DNA of 64,000 bases from an uncultured delta proteobacterium (lineage in GTDB: Bacteria; Desulfobacterota; Syntrophia; Syntrophales; UBA2185): contig CAVSPA010000005.1 in assembly GCA_963729715.1 (NCBI GenBank), positions 64,001 to 128,000 on the forward strand, read 5' to 3'. Below the pieces are notes generated by a model. It made no database searches. It worked only from the letters and a program-made list of their open reading frames with translations, and was not told the DNA's origin. This document shows, one piece after another, positions 33,138 to 41,331 of the stretch (positions are counted from its first letter, which is position 1; each line of letters starts with the position of its first letter). The position numbers were made by a program, and so were the translations under genes.

Positions 33138-33947
33138 TCAGGAACCAGGTGACCTCCTGCTATTTATGAACTTCAAAACTGCCTCGTGACCGACTCTCTC
33201 TTCGCGCATTGCCTTTATGACAATCAGATCCAATTCGGACAGCGTATTACGTAATATATTCCGTTGGGCAATCAGCTGCCTTGCTTCATCATATGTCAAA
33301 TCTTTGTTCACTTCCTTGAAATCCATGTCCTCTTCTGTAAATAACGGCGCAATGTCCTTCCTTGAAACAGCATCCCAGTTTCGTATCCTATCAAAAAGCC
33401 TCTTTGTCACTTCTTTCTGGGCGATGGAAAACACACATTTTGATTTCAGTATATAAAAAATAAGTGCGGGAAAAGACACCGCCAGATTGATCAGGTCCTT
33501 TTCCTTTTTCCCCCTGATCAAGAAAATATTGTCCCGGTCATCCCTGAAAGCCAACGCGAAAATCCATGGCAAACCGATTTTCCTGTAAATTTTACTGAGC
33601 ATTTCCGCAGGCGCGACAAGGCAAATCAGGTCTATCTTCAAACTGAAATCGGCGACAAGGTACAGAGGATCAAGGAGGGATTTGAATATCCCGCCTTGCT
33701 GCGCAAACATCTTTATAAGGCCACCGCTTTTGAAAGGATACTGAGACCTGCCGGAGATGTATTCCGGATCCAGGCATATTGTTGCTCCCATCTTCAGCAA
33801 GGCTTCTTTCGAAAGGCTTGCCTGTCCCTTTTCATATTTCTGCAGCGATGGTTGAGCTATCCCAGCTGCGGAAGAAACCTCGACTTGAGTCCGGCCCATC
33901 GATTCCCTAACAAATTTGAATAGTTCGTTCAAAGCTAGATTGTGCAT
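33138..33947 (-). CDS. XRE-family HTH regulator with unknown C-terminal domain
   Basis: RESMGRTQVEVSSAAGIAQPSLQKYEKG HTH. Confidence 0.8.
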   Translation of the reverse strand: MHNLALNELFKFVRESMGRTQVEVSSAAGIAQPSLQKYEKGQASLSKEALLKMGATICLDPEYISGRSQYPFKSGGLIKMFAQQGGIFKSLLDPLYLVADFSLKIDLICLVAPAEMLSKIYRKIGLPWIFALAFRDDRDNIFLIRGKKEKDLINLAVSFPALIFYILKSKCVFSIAQKEVTKRLFDRIRNWDAVSRKDIAPLFTEEDMDFKEVNKDLTYDEARQLIAQRNILRNTLSELDLIVIKAMREERVGHEAVLKFINSRRSPGS

Positions 33948-33966
33948 AAAAATTATAACTTTTCCC

Positions 33967-33994
33967 TTGACATAATCATATTAATGTATATTAT
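33967..33994 (+). promoter_or_regulatory. Putative sigma70 promoter in the divergent repressor/xis switch region
   Basis: TTGACA-N16-TATTAT in a very AT-rich intergenic region. Confidence 0.5.
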
Positions 33995-34102
33995 TGCTAA
34001 TATAAAGCCAGTAATATAGATAAGCTGCTATATAATTATCATACTCTAACAGGATTAGTCAAACAAAAAATGTCAGGCATAAAAAAAGGGAGATAAGAAA
34101 AG

Positions 34103-34315
34103 ATGGAGACAAAGGAGGAACATAACAAGATGAGAATCCAACTACTTACTGTACCGGAATCGGCTGATGTATTGAGAGTGAAGACGGTTACGATGCGGCA
34201 ATGGATAGCACAGGGCCGCCTTCAGGTCGTGCGCCTTGGCCGTCGTGTCCTTGTGGAGCGGGAGGTTTTGGAGCAATTCGTAGCGAGGTCACGCTGCCCG
34301 GGGCAGGAGGTCTAG
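34103..34315 (+). CDS. Excisionase-like HTH_17 DNA-binding protein
   Basis: LLTVPESADVLRVKTVTMRQWIAQGRLQVVRLGRRVLV. Confidence 0.88.
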   Translation: METKEEHNKMRIQLLTVPESADVLRVKTVTMRQWIAQGRLQVVRLGRRVLVEREVLEQFVARSRCPGQEV

Positions 34316-34316
34316 A

Positions 34317-35420
34317 ATGGGAGATTATGTAAAGAAAGATGCCCCGGGGCAACCTGGCACGGAAGACACCCAGGGCACTTCGCGACTCGGAGAAAACCCC
34401 GAGGAACGCTTAAAGGATAAGCCGGAACCGGAAAAAAATCAAGCGATCAGTTACGGACAGGCGATCGATATTATACGGGCCATGTCGGGACAGCAAAGCG
34501 TCATCACGTGCCAGAGGGTTTTCCTGCATTTGGTGGGAGGTGATTTCCCTGCGGCGGTATTGCTATCGCAGCTCGTCTTCTGGACCGGGCGAGGTGCGGA
34601 CCCTGACGGCTTTATCTGGAAGACTTATCAGGACCTGGAGGATGAAATCGGATTAACGAAATATCAGGCCATGAGAGCCAGGAATGTATTGGAAAGAATG
34701 CAAGTACTTGAAACAAAGGTGAAGAAGGCACTCGGAAGCCCGACAGTACACTATAAGGTCCTTCAGGATAATCTATTGAAATTAATGGTTAGTTCAGTTT
34801 CTTCACTATCGAAAGTTAAGAAACTGAACAATCGAAAGTCAAGAAACCAAACTAACGAAAGTGAAGAAACCAAACGAACCATAACAGACATAACAACAGA
34901 CACCACACAGACAACGACGACAGACGGCACGTCGTCATTATTCAACTGCTCTGAAGGGAAGAAATTTTTCACGCCGCTTCGAGGATGCGAAGCGGACAAA
35001 ATCATCGACGATGTCATTTCTATGGAGTATGCGGGGAAGGCGAAAAACGTGAGGGCCCTCAGGCAGCACTTGAGGAAGTTAGTCGCCATTGGGAAGCTTG
35101 AAATCCCCGAGGGGTGGAATGAGTTGTTAGAGAGAAAAAAGACCGCAGTTGAGAGGAAGGCCGCAAACAAGACGTCTCGCGGGCTAGAGGCTGACGCAGA
35201 AGAAGTGGCCAGGGAGGCCATAAAGGAGTTTGGTGTCTTGCTGGCCGACCGGCAAGTCGGATACATAGACCGTGCCCGGGAGGCGAGCCGGGGAATGATT
35301 CAATCCCCCATGGTTCTGAAGATCACTGCTGCGCAGTTGTGGGCCTCTGAGCAGCGCAAATGTACACTGCCGAGCGACGAATATGACAATGATAGTTTGA
35401 ATCCAATGTCAGCGACCTAA
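34317..35420 (+). CDS. Phage replication-initiator-like winged-helix protein
   Basis: AAVLLSQLVFW...DGFIWKTYQDLEDEIGL...PTVHY N-domain, then low-complexity linker ending TITDITTDTT. Confidence 0.65.
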   Translation: MGDYVKKDAPGQPGTEDTQGTSRLGENPEERLKDKPEPEKNQAISYGQAIDIIRAMSGQQSVITCQRVFLHLVGGDFPAAVLLSQLVFWTGRGADPDGFIWKTYQDLEDEIGLTKYQAMRARNVLERMQVLETKVKKALGSPTVHYKVLQDNLLKLMVSSVSSLSKVKKLNNRKSRNQTNESEETKRTITDITTDTTQTTTTDGTSSLFNCSEGKKFFTPLRGCEADKIIDDVISMEYAGKAKNVRALRQHLRKLVAIGKLEIPEGWNELLERKKTAVERKAANKTSRGLEADAEEVAREAIKEFGVLLADRQVGYIDRAREASRGMIQSPMVLKITAAQLWASEQRKCTLPSDEYDNDSLNPMSAT

Positions 35421-35668
35421 CCTTCCCGCCGCGAAATCCGCCAGCATTGAAGGTCCTGTCCTTGTTAACCATAAGATCGTAAGGGCTCACGAAAAGGCCG
35501 TGACGTCTACACTGAAGCACAATGAGTTACATTGTAGACTAATAGCTTACAGTATCATGCAGACTGTCGGGACTGGAAAATTGTTTGTGCTCAAATTTTA
35601 ACACGATTTTTCGCGTGATCAGGACAATTATTATTCTCACTGCCAACGGAATCAACCAGAGTGGAAAC

Positions 35669-36052
35669 ATGAAAAAAACAACACCCAAAAAGACAGTGCA
35701 TGCCTGGTGCCATTACTGTGTCCAGAGCAAGCGGGATAAGGATGTCCGGGACTGCGCAGGACATATTGTCTTTGTGACGGGGAAGCCTTGTCCGTTTTAT
35801 CAGTACAGGTTGGGTCACAGAAGACCCCGTGTCAAAGTCCTCCGCCAATATTGCCTGGAGTGCATGGGGGGGCGGAAAGATTTCGTGCGAGAGTGTAAGT
35901 CTGATGACTGCATGATCCACCGATATCGCCTTGGGAAAAACCCGGCGAGGGTGGGAATAGGAAATAGCAAGGTAGCTGAGTTGAGGTTTCAGCTCACAGA
36001 ATCATTTTTTTTACAGTCCGTTGGCAGGAATAACATAGAAAAGGAGGCATAG
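35669..36052 (+). CDS. Cys-rich protein with two tandem putative Zn-binding repeats
   Basis: CHYC...VRDC...CPFYQYRLG and CLEC...VREC...CMIHRYRLG. Confidence 0.65.
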   Translation: MKKTTPKKTVHAWCHYCVQSKRDKDVRDCAGHIVFVTGKPCPFYQYRLGHRRPRVKVLRQYCLECMGGRKDFVRECKSDDCMIHRYRLGKNPARVGIGNSKVAELRFQLTESFFLQSVGRNNIEKEA

Positions 36053-36054
36053 GT

Positions 36055-36495
36055 ATGGTTCAGGTGGATATCGAAAGCAAGATGGAATACATAAATCAAC
36101 TTCTCCAAGGGCTGCCGGCAGAATACAAGCTGAGGACCATCCAGGGGATTTTGTATGATTTGAGAAATGACAAACAGCTCTTTGATGCCCTGGCACAGAT
36201 AGTCAAAGACATCCAGAAGGGTAATTTCACCGAAAAGGAAAAGTATCAAAACAAATTTGGCCGGGCCATCAAGTGGGCGGAAAGCCGGCTGCGGAACGAA
36301 AAGGACCCAGAAAAGTTAAGGAAACTTACAGCCAGACGCCTTGCCGCTGAGTACTCAGCGAGAACTGGATGGGCTCAAAACCTGCTGTACAAACTCATGA
36401 AGAAGGTGAAGCAGAAGGAATGCATGCGCCGCCTGCGGGAACGACGAAAAACCGAGGGAACGAAAGAAGAAGGAATAGTCAATGAGCACGGATAA
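36055..36495 (+). CDS. Hypothetical basic helical protein
   Basis: 146-aa ORF with AGGAGG RBS, tightly packed in the operon. Confidence 0.6.
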   Translation: MVQVDIESKMEYINQLLQGLPAEYKLRTIQGILYDLRNDKQLFDALAQIVKDIQKGNFTEKEKYQNKFGRAIKWAESRLRNEKDPEKLRKLTARRLAAEYSARTGWAQNLLYKLMKKVKQKECMRRLRERRKTEGTKEEGIVNEHG

Positions 36496-37066
36496 AGAAT
36501 ATAAACTTCCTGCTGTATTTGTGCCGCTGTATAGCAAGTATATGAAACCGTACGGTTGTCGTTTCGTGGATCCCGGGGTTTTCCCCGCTTTGTGTGATCT
36601 GCTGGATCTGCTTGCCAACGAGGGCAACTGCCCGTCCGTAGTTCTTAAAAAGTATGCTAACGACGTAGCAAAAGCCTTGAGTACGGTCACGCTGTTACAG
36701 CACTCAATCAATGTCACGGAGAATTTAGCAACTCAATACAGGAGGTATTATCACCATGATCTCGACTTCAGATTTTGCGTCCCGCTGATTCTATTTGCAG
36801 GCCTGGGCCACGACCTTGGGAAAATACCCAAATATGTAACATCATGGCAGAGCAGGTTCCGGCACCCCGAGGTAAGCGCTGATATCATCTTAAACATGTT
36901 GGATAAATACAATGCCGACCCGCCATGGAAATTGATGCTTCTGAGGGCTATCAGGCATCATCACGCCCCGATCGGGGATGACAGGCTGACTGCATGGCTA
37001 TGTAAAGCCGACCGAGAGGCCCGTCAAGACGAACTTTGGAAAGCAACAGGAAGTGGTTCAATATGA
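36482..37066 (+). CDS. HD-domain protein (short paralogue)
   Basis: QHSINV, GHDLGK, HPEVSA, AIRHHH, KADREAR. Confidence 0.8.
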   Translation: MSTDKEYKLPAVFVPLYSKYMKPYGCRFVDPGVFPALCDLLDLLANEGNCPSVVLKKYANDVAKALSTVTLLQHSINVTENLATQYRRYYHHDLDFRFCVPLILFAGLGHDLGKIPKYVTSWQSRFRHPEVSADIILNMLDKYNADPPWKLMLLRAIRHHHAPIGDDRLTAWLCKADREARQDELWKATGSGSI

Positions 37067-38265
37067 GATACAAAGAAGATGAAGTGATAATAAAATCCGG
37101 CGGAGTCAAAATAGGGGACTTTGAGTATTACCCCACGAACTCGCTGCACCGGTCTTTGTGGGAATCTTATATAAAAGTGTATATCCAATACTTCAATGGC
37201 AGCGGGACATTCCGTCCGCTCTGTGCGCTTCTGGACATCCTGGCGAAAGAGGGTGATTACCCGTCTGCCAGGGTTGGGGAAGCAACCATGAGCGGGAAAA
37301 CGGCTGAGCGCCTGGCAAGGGTTAGCCTCAACTCACATGCGGTACGGGTCGCACGAAATATGATTAAGATCCACGGGGAATATACAGCCAATCGAGGTTA
37401 TGATCTTGAGTACAGAGCCGGAATCCCACTCAATATCATTGCTGGCCTCGCCCACGATATTGGGAAGCTGCCGCGGTACAATGAGAACCGTGGTATCGAG
37501 GACCGTAACCGTTATCAGCATGCGGATACAAGCGCCAACGCACTTGTAGAAATATTCAAAAAAACTAACACTCCCGTCGAGTGGCTGGAAAATACCAAAA
37601 TATTGGAGGCCATCCGCCTGCATCATGGAGGCATAATAGAGGATGAAAAAATAGTGAACTGTTTAAGACAGGCGGATATCAGGGCCCGCGGCAGCGAGCT
37701 AGAAAAGGATCTAAACACAACAGAGGAATACGGGCCCTACGTTCTATTACCTTGCTCCAAGTGGCTTCAGGGTCAGGACCTGATCGATAAGATAGAGAGA
37801 TGGGTTAACATCATGGATTACAGCGGCAAAAAAACAAAGAATGGCAAGTCTAAAATCCATGCGTTCTCCCGGGGGGATATGGTGTATGTCTATCCTTATT
37901 CCCTCTATAAAATGGCAAAGCAAGTGTACAAAGAAAAATGGACGCTAGCTGACTTCCTGTTTGAGTACAAAAACGGCTACGCCACCTGGGAGGCAACAAA
38001 GGAAATTATCAAGGTTTTGCATGAGAGAAAGTTGCTGAGTCCTGATTACGATCTGGAGAAGTATCCCTTTGGCAGACCATACGTCTTACGCTCCTCGCTG
38101 GATCCTCACAGAACCTATACACCTCTGTTGGTTCCAATCCCCGTAATGCATTTCAAGACCCAGCCTGAAATATTCTGGCGTAGACGGCAGGGGTGGATCA
38201 GGACGATCCACTGGATGAAACCGCGGTATGGGAAGAATGAGGATCATTGGTCTGATGATTGGTGA
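37063..38265 (+). CDS. HD-domain protein (long paralogue), possibly MOBH-type relaxase-like
   Basis: SHAVRV, AHDIGK, HADTSA, AIRLHH, QADIRAR; ATGA overlap with the previous gene; relaxase role is inference. Confidence 0.7.
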   Translation: MRYKEDEVIIKSGGVKIGDFEYYPTNSLHRSLWESYIKVYIQYFNGSGTFRPLCALLDILAKEGDYPSARVGEATMSGKTAERLARVSLNSHAVRVARNMIKIHGEYTANRGYDLEYRAGIPLNIIAGLAHDIGKLPRYNENRGIEDRNRYQHADTSANALVEIFKKTNTPVEWLENTKILEAIRLHHGGIIEDEKIVNCLRQADIRARGSELEKDLNTTEEYGPYVLLPCSKWLQGQDLIDKIERWVNIMDYSGKKTKNGKSKIHAFSRGDMVYVYPYSLYKMAKQVYKEKWTLADFLFEYKNGYATWEATKEIIKVLHERKLLSPDYDLEKYPFGRPYVLRSSLDPHRTYTPLLVPIPVMHFKTQPEIFWRRRQGWIRTIHWMKPRYGKNEDHWSDDW

Positions 38266-38282
38266 CCTCTCCCACAAAGATG

Positions 38283-38316
38283 AAAGCCTGGAATGAAATT
38301 TCCTCCAGGCTTTTTT
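38283..38316 (+). terminator. Intrinsic terminator
   Basis: AAAGCCTGGA...TCCAGGCTTTTTT just after the HD operon. Confidence 0.8.
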
Positions 38317-38720
38317 GCCCCGCTGCGTTACTTCCCGGATACAATTTTTACAACTTTTCCCCGTTATTTTTACTCACACAAGTGAGTTATACGTCACCAA
38401 CTTCTGCCTTGAAACAGAGAAATAGTGATATAAATGTGAATGCTACTACTATTATATAATATAAATTTCCGAATTTACGTGATACTGAATAATTACAAAG
38501 ACTTATGAAATTTAGCGGGTTCTTCTTGCCGGACATGTGAAATAGTGGTGAATAGGTATACTATATATAATAATAATATATAATTCAAACTTCCGTCAGG
38601 CAGGGTTCCAGGGTTTCACTTGCGTGACCGCACAGCTCGATTTTAGGCTCTGCGCATGATTCCTACTTCAACAGTTCAAGGTCAAAAAGTGTCATAGGAT
38701 CTTGAAGGCGAGAGCGTAAC

Positions 38721-38861
38721 TCGCTGCAGGTTCTTGGCAGCGGGTGGAGCTCTCATAGAGGATTCAATACGAACGAAGGTCGCTGCAGGTTCTTGGCAGC
38801 GGGTGGAGCTCTCATAGAGGATTCAATACGAACGAAGGTCGCTGCAGGTTCTAAGCAGCGG
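38721..38861. repeat. 59-bp tandem repeat (2 exact copies plus a partial third) with a hairpin in each unit
   Basis: Units start at 38721, 38780, 38839; each opens with CGCTGC-aggttct(tg/aa)-GCAGCG. Confidence 0.92.
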
Positions 38862-39359
38862 ACGAAGTGAAGGATTGCGAAGCAAAGAAGATTCAGGCGA
38901 ACACATATAATAATAAATTTTCTTATAGCGTCACAGTCTATCCATGACTACAGCACAAGCCATGCTCATTCGGGGTACATTCAGTGCACAAACAAATCAT
39001 AATTGCCTCACGAATGCCGCTGATCAGTTCGCAGATTCCCTCAACTAATTTCAATATCATCATAAATATTTCTTATCTCCAAATTTCGCTTTTTGTCACT
39101 TTCTCTCCTCATTCACACCAATTTAGAAAGTAGTATGTTCGCTCATACAAGCTTCCGGAATTTTATTCTGGAATGTATGTGTACTGGTATCGGTCACGGA
39201 AGTCACAGGAAACTATATTTGAGAATCAGGACAATGATGCGAGAAACAGAAATTTTTTAGATAATGTATGAAGTATTAAAAATATTTTCTTAAAAATCAA
39301 CATGCCCCGCGAGGGCACCACGAAGGCATGAAAATAAGTTGTTTATAGCTCTTTGACAT

Positions 39360-39505
39360 TATATCCTTTCTTCAAAAGGAAGAGGGTCGTCGATATTTTG
39401 GTGGTCATACCCCGAGTAGTAATCTGACCCGGGCAGATTAAAAGAACCACGGATTGTTACCCCTTTGGGAGTACGCGTATTAAATTTTTCATCGATAATC
39501 TGCCC
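39360..39505 (+). ncRNA. Candidate IS110 bridge/seek RNA
   Basis: Structured 5' non-coding end with stem-loops; contains CGTATTAA matching the element right end and CATACCCCG resembling the left end. Confidence 0.5.
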
Positions 39506-39528
39506 CCTTTTTTAAAGAGAAAGGAGAC

Positions 39529-40773
39529 ATGATTATGGGAGCCATTATTGAGAGATGCTGCGGTATCGATGTCCACAAGAAGAACATCGTTGTTTGCCTG
39601 GCGGTGGGCAAACCCCATGAGAAACCGAAGACAACCATCAAGACCTTTTCCACCATGACCCGTGATCTTCTGGCCTGTCGAGACTGGCTGGTATCAGAAG
39701 GTTGCACCCATGCGGTTGTGGAAAGCACCGGGGTTTACTGGAAGCCGGTATTCAACATTCTGGAGGACAGCATGGAGGTCATTCTGGCCAATGCCAGAGA
39801 TGTGAAAAATGTTCCCGGACGGAAGACCGACGTAAGGGATTGCGAATGGCTTGCCCAACTCCTTCGTCACGGCCTGGTCAAGGCGAGCTTTATTCCTCCC
39901 AAGCCGATCCGGGAGTTAAGAGACCTCACGCGCTACCGTGAGAAACTTACCCAGAAGCGTTCTTCTGAGATCAACCGCCTCCAGAAGTTTCTGGAGGATG
40001 CCAATATCAAGCTTTCTTCAGTGGCAACGGACATCAACGGGGTATCTGCCCGGAACATGATCCATCATCTGATCGAGGATGATATGAGCACTCAGGAAAT
40101 GGCTGATCTCGCCAGAGGGCGTCTCAGGAACAAGATCGAGGATCTGGAAAAATCCTTGGAGGGTTACTTTTCGGATCATCATCGTATCATCCTGAAACTG
40201 ACGCTTCAGATGATTGCCTCGTATGACGAGGCCATCGAGAAGCTGAACGATGAAATAGAGAAGAGGATGGAATCTTTCCAGGAGGAAGCTGAAGGTCTCC
40301 AGACCATTCCAGGTGTAAAAAAAAAGTTCGCTGAGCGGATCATCGCCGAGATCGGAATCGATATGTCACGCTTCCCATCAGATGCCCACCTCTCCTCCTG
40401 GGCGGGAGCCAGTCCGGGCAACAATGAAAGCGCGGGAAAACGAAGAAGCGGCAAAGTGACACAGGGGAACAAATGGCTCAAAAGCGCCTTGGTGGAAGCT
40501 GGATGGGCAGCGTCCAAAACAAAAAACACCTACTTGAGCGCCAGGTACCGTCGCCTGGCGGCAAGAAGGGGGAAGAAACGGGCAGCCCTTGCTGTCGGCC
40601 ACACCATCTTAGTTATGGCTTACCATATTATCAAAGAGCATCGCACTTACAATGAACTTGGTGCTGATTATTTCGACAAGTTAAATGAACAACATCTTGT
40701 CAGACGTTTAACATCAAGGATCACTGCCTTAGGCTATGAGGTCAAAGTAGAAAAACTGCCTGAAGCGGCTTGA
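39529..40773 (+). CDS. IS110-family transposase (DEDD RuvC + Tnp20)
   Basis: GIDVHKK, VESTGVYW, KTDVRD, TIPGV, NESAGK. Confidence 0.97.
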   Translation: MIMGAIIERCCGIDVHKKNIVVCLAVGKPHEKPKTTIKTFSTMTRDLLACRDWLVSEGCTHAVVESTGVYWKPVFNILEDSMEVILANARDVKNVPGRKTDVRDCEWLAQLLRHGLVKASFIPPKPIRELRDLTRYREKLTQKRSSEINRLQKFLEDANIKLSSVATDINGVSARNMIHHLIEDDMSTQEMADLARGRLRNKIEDLEKSLEGYFSDHHRIILKLTLQMIASYDEAIEKLNDEIEKRMESFQEEAEGLQTIPGVKKKFAERIIAEIGIDMSRFPSDAHLSSWAGASPGNNESAGKRRSGKVTQGNKWLKSALVEAGWAASKTKNTYLSARYRRLAARRGKKRAALAVGHTILVMAYHIIKEHRTYNELGADYFDKLNEQHLVRRLTSRITALGYEVKVEKLPEAA

Positions 40774-40982
40774 TGCACAGTTTTATTTTCGTATTAATAT
40801 TCGACAGTTTATTAGAAGCTGGTAAAGTTACTCTTTTTATTATTTTGAATCCACGAAAAGGACTTGACTGATTGTATGTTTAGATATATTTTTGCATAAA
40901 TTTCAAGCGGATATTGAGGATAATAGCAAGCAAGCTTGTTCTTCACATTATTTGAGAGGGACAGATAAACTGATTTCTCGAC

Positions 40983-41014
40983 ACCCCGTTTCTCAAAAGT
41001 GAACGGGGTTTTTT
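40983..41014 (+). terminator. Intrinsic terminator
   Basis: ACCCCGTT...AACGGGGT followed by T-run. Confidence 0.75.
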
Positions 41015-41021
41015 ATTTTTA

Positions 41022-41249
41022 TTGCTTCTGACAAAAATGCTCACAAAAGTTGCCATTAAAGAGGAACTTTACGACCAGTTCTGGCCGGGAGAAATGAATT
41101 ACGACGGGAACAACAAGCCGTATGCGCGGCAGATCTCCGATCACAAACGCAAGATCATCGCCCAAATCGAGAACGGAATTGCCGGCGACAAAGATAAGGT
41201 GCTTACCGCGGCGCGCATCAATGCTTGTAAAGCCAAATTGCCGTATTAG
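41022..41249 (+). pseudogene. Possible fragment of a winged-helix (OmpR C-terminal-like) protein
   Basis: VAIKEELYDQFW...QISDHKRKIIAQI resembles a wHTH; no clear RBS, TTG start inside terminator tail. Confidence 0.3.
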
Positions 41250-41331
41250 ACCACATTGTTATCGGACAAGACGGCTTCCTGAGTATGCGACGCAGCCATC
41301 CGGAATCATTCATTTGAGGGAATAATCTTCG

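Larger units (their letters stand above)
39299..40797 (+). mobile_element. IS110-family element (ends approximate)
   Basis: Intact transposase; sub-terminal IR ATGAAAATAA / TTATTTTCGT; proposed AA core at 39299-39300 and 40796-40797. Confidence 0.7.

Noticed and set aside
31926..38265. Intact prophage
   Set aside because: No terminase, portal, capsid, tail or lysis genes in the window
38721..38861. CRISPR mini-array (23-nt palindromic repeat, 36-nt spacers)
   Set aside because: The two would-be spacers are identical and no cas genes are in the window; a tandem duplication explains it better
39313..39320. GGGCACCA as attR copy of the tRNA-Arg 3' end
   Set aside because: Only 8 bp, and it falls inside the proposed IS110 left end
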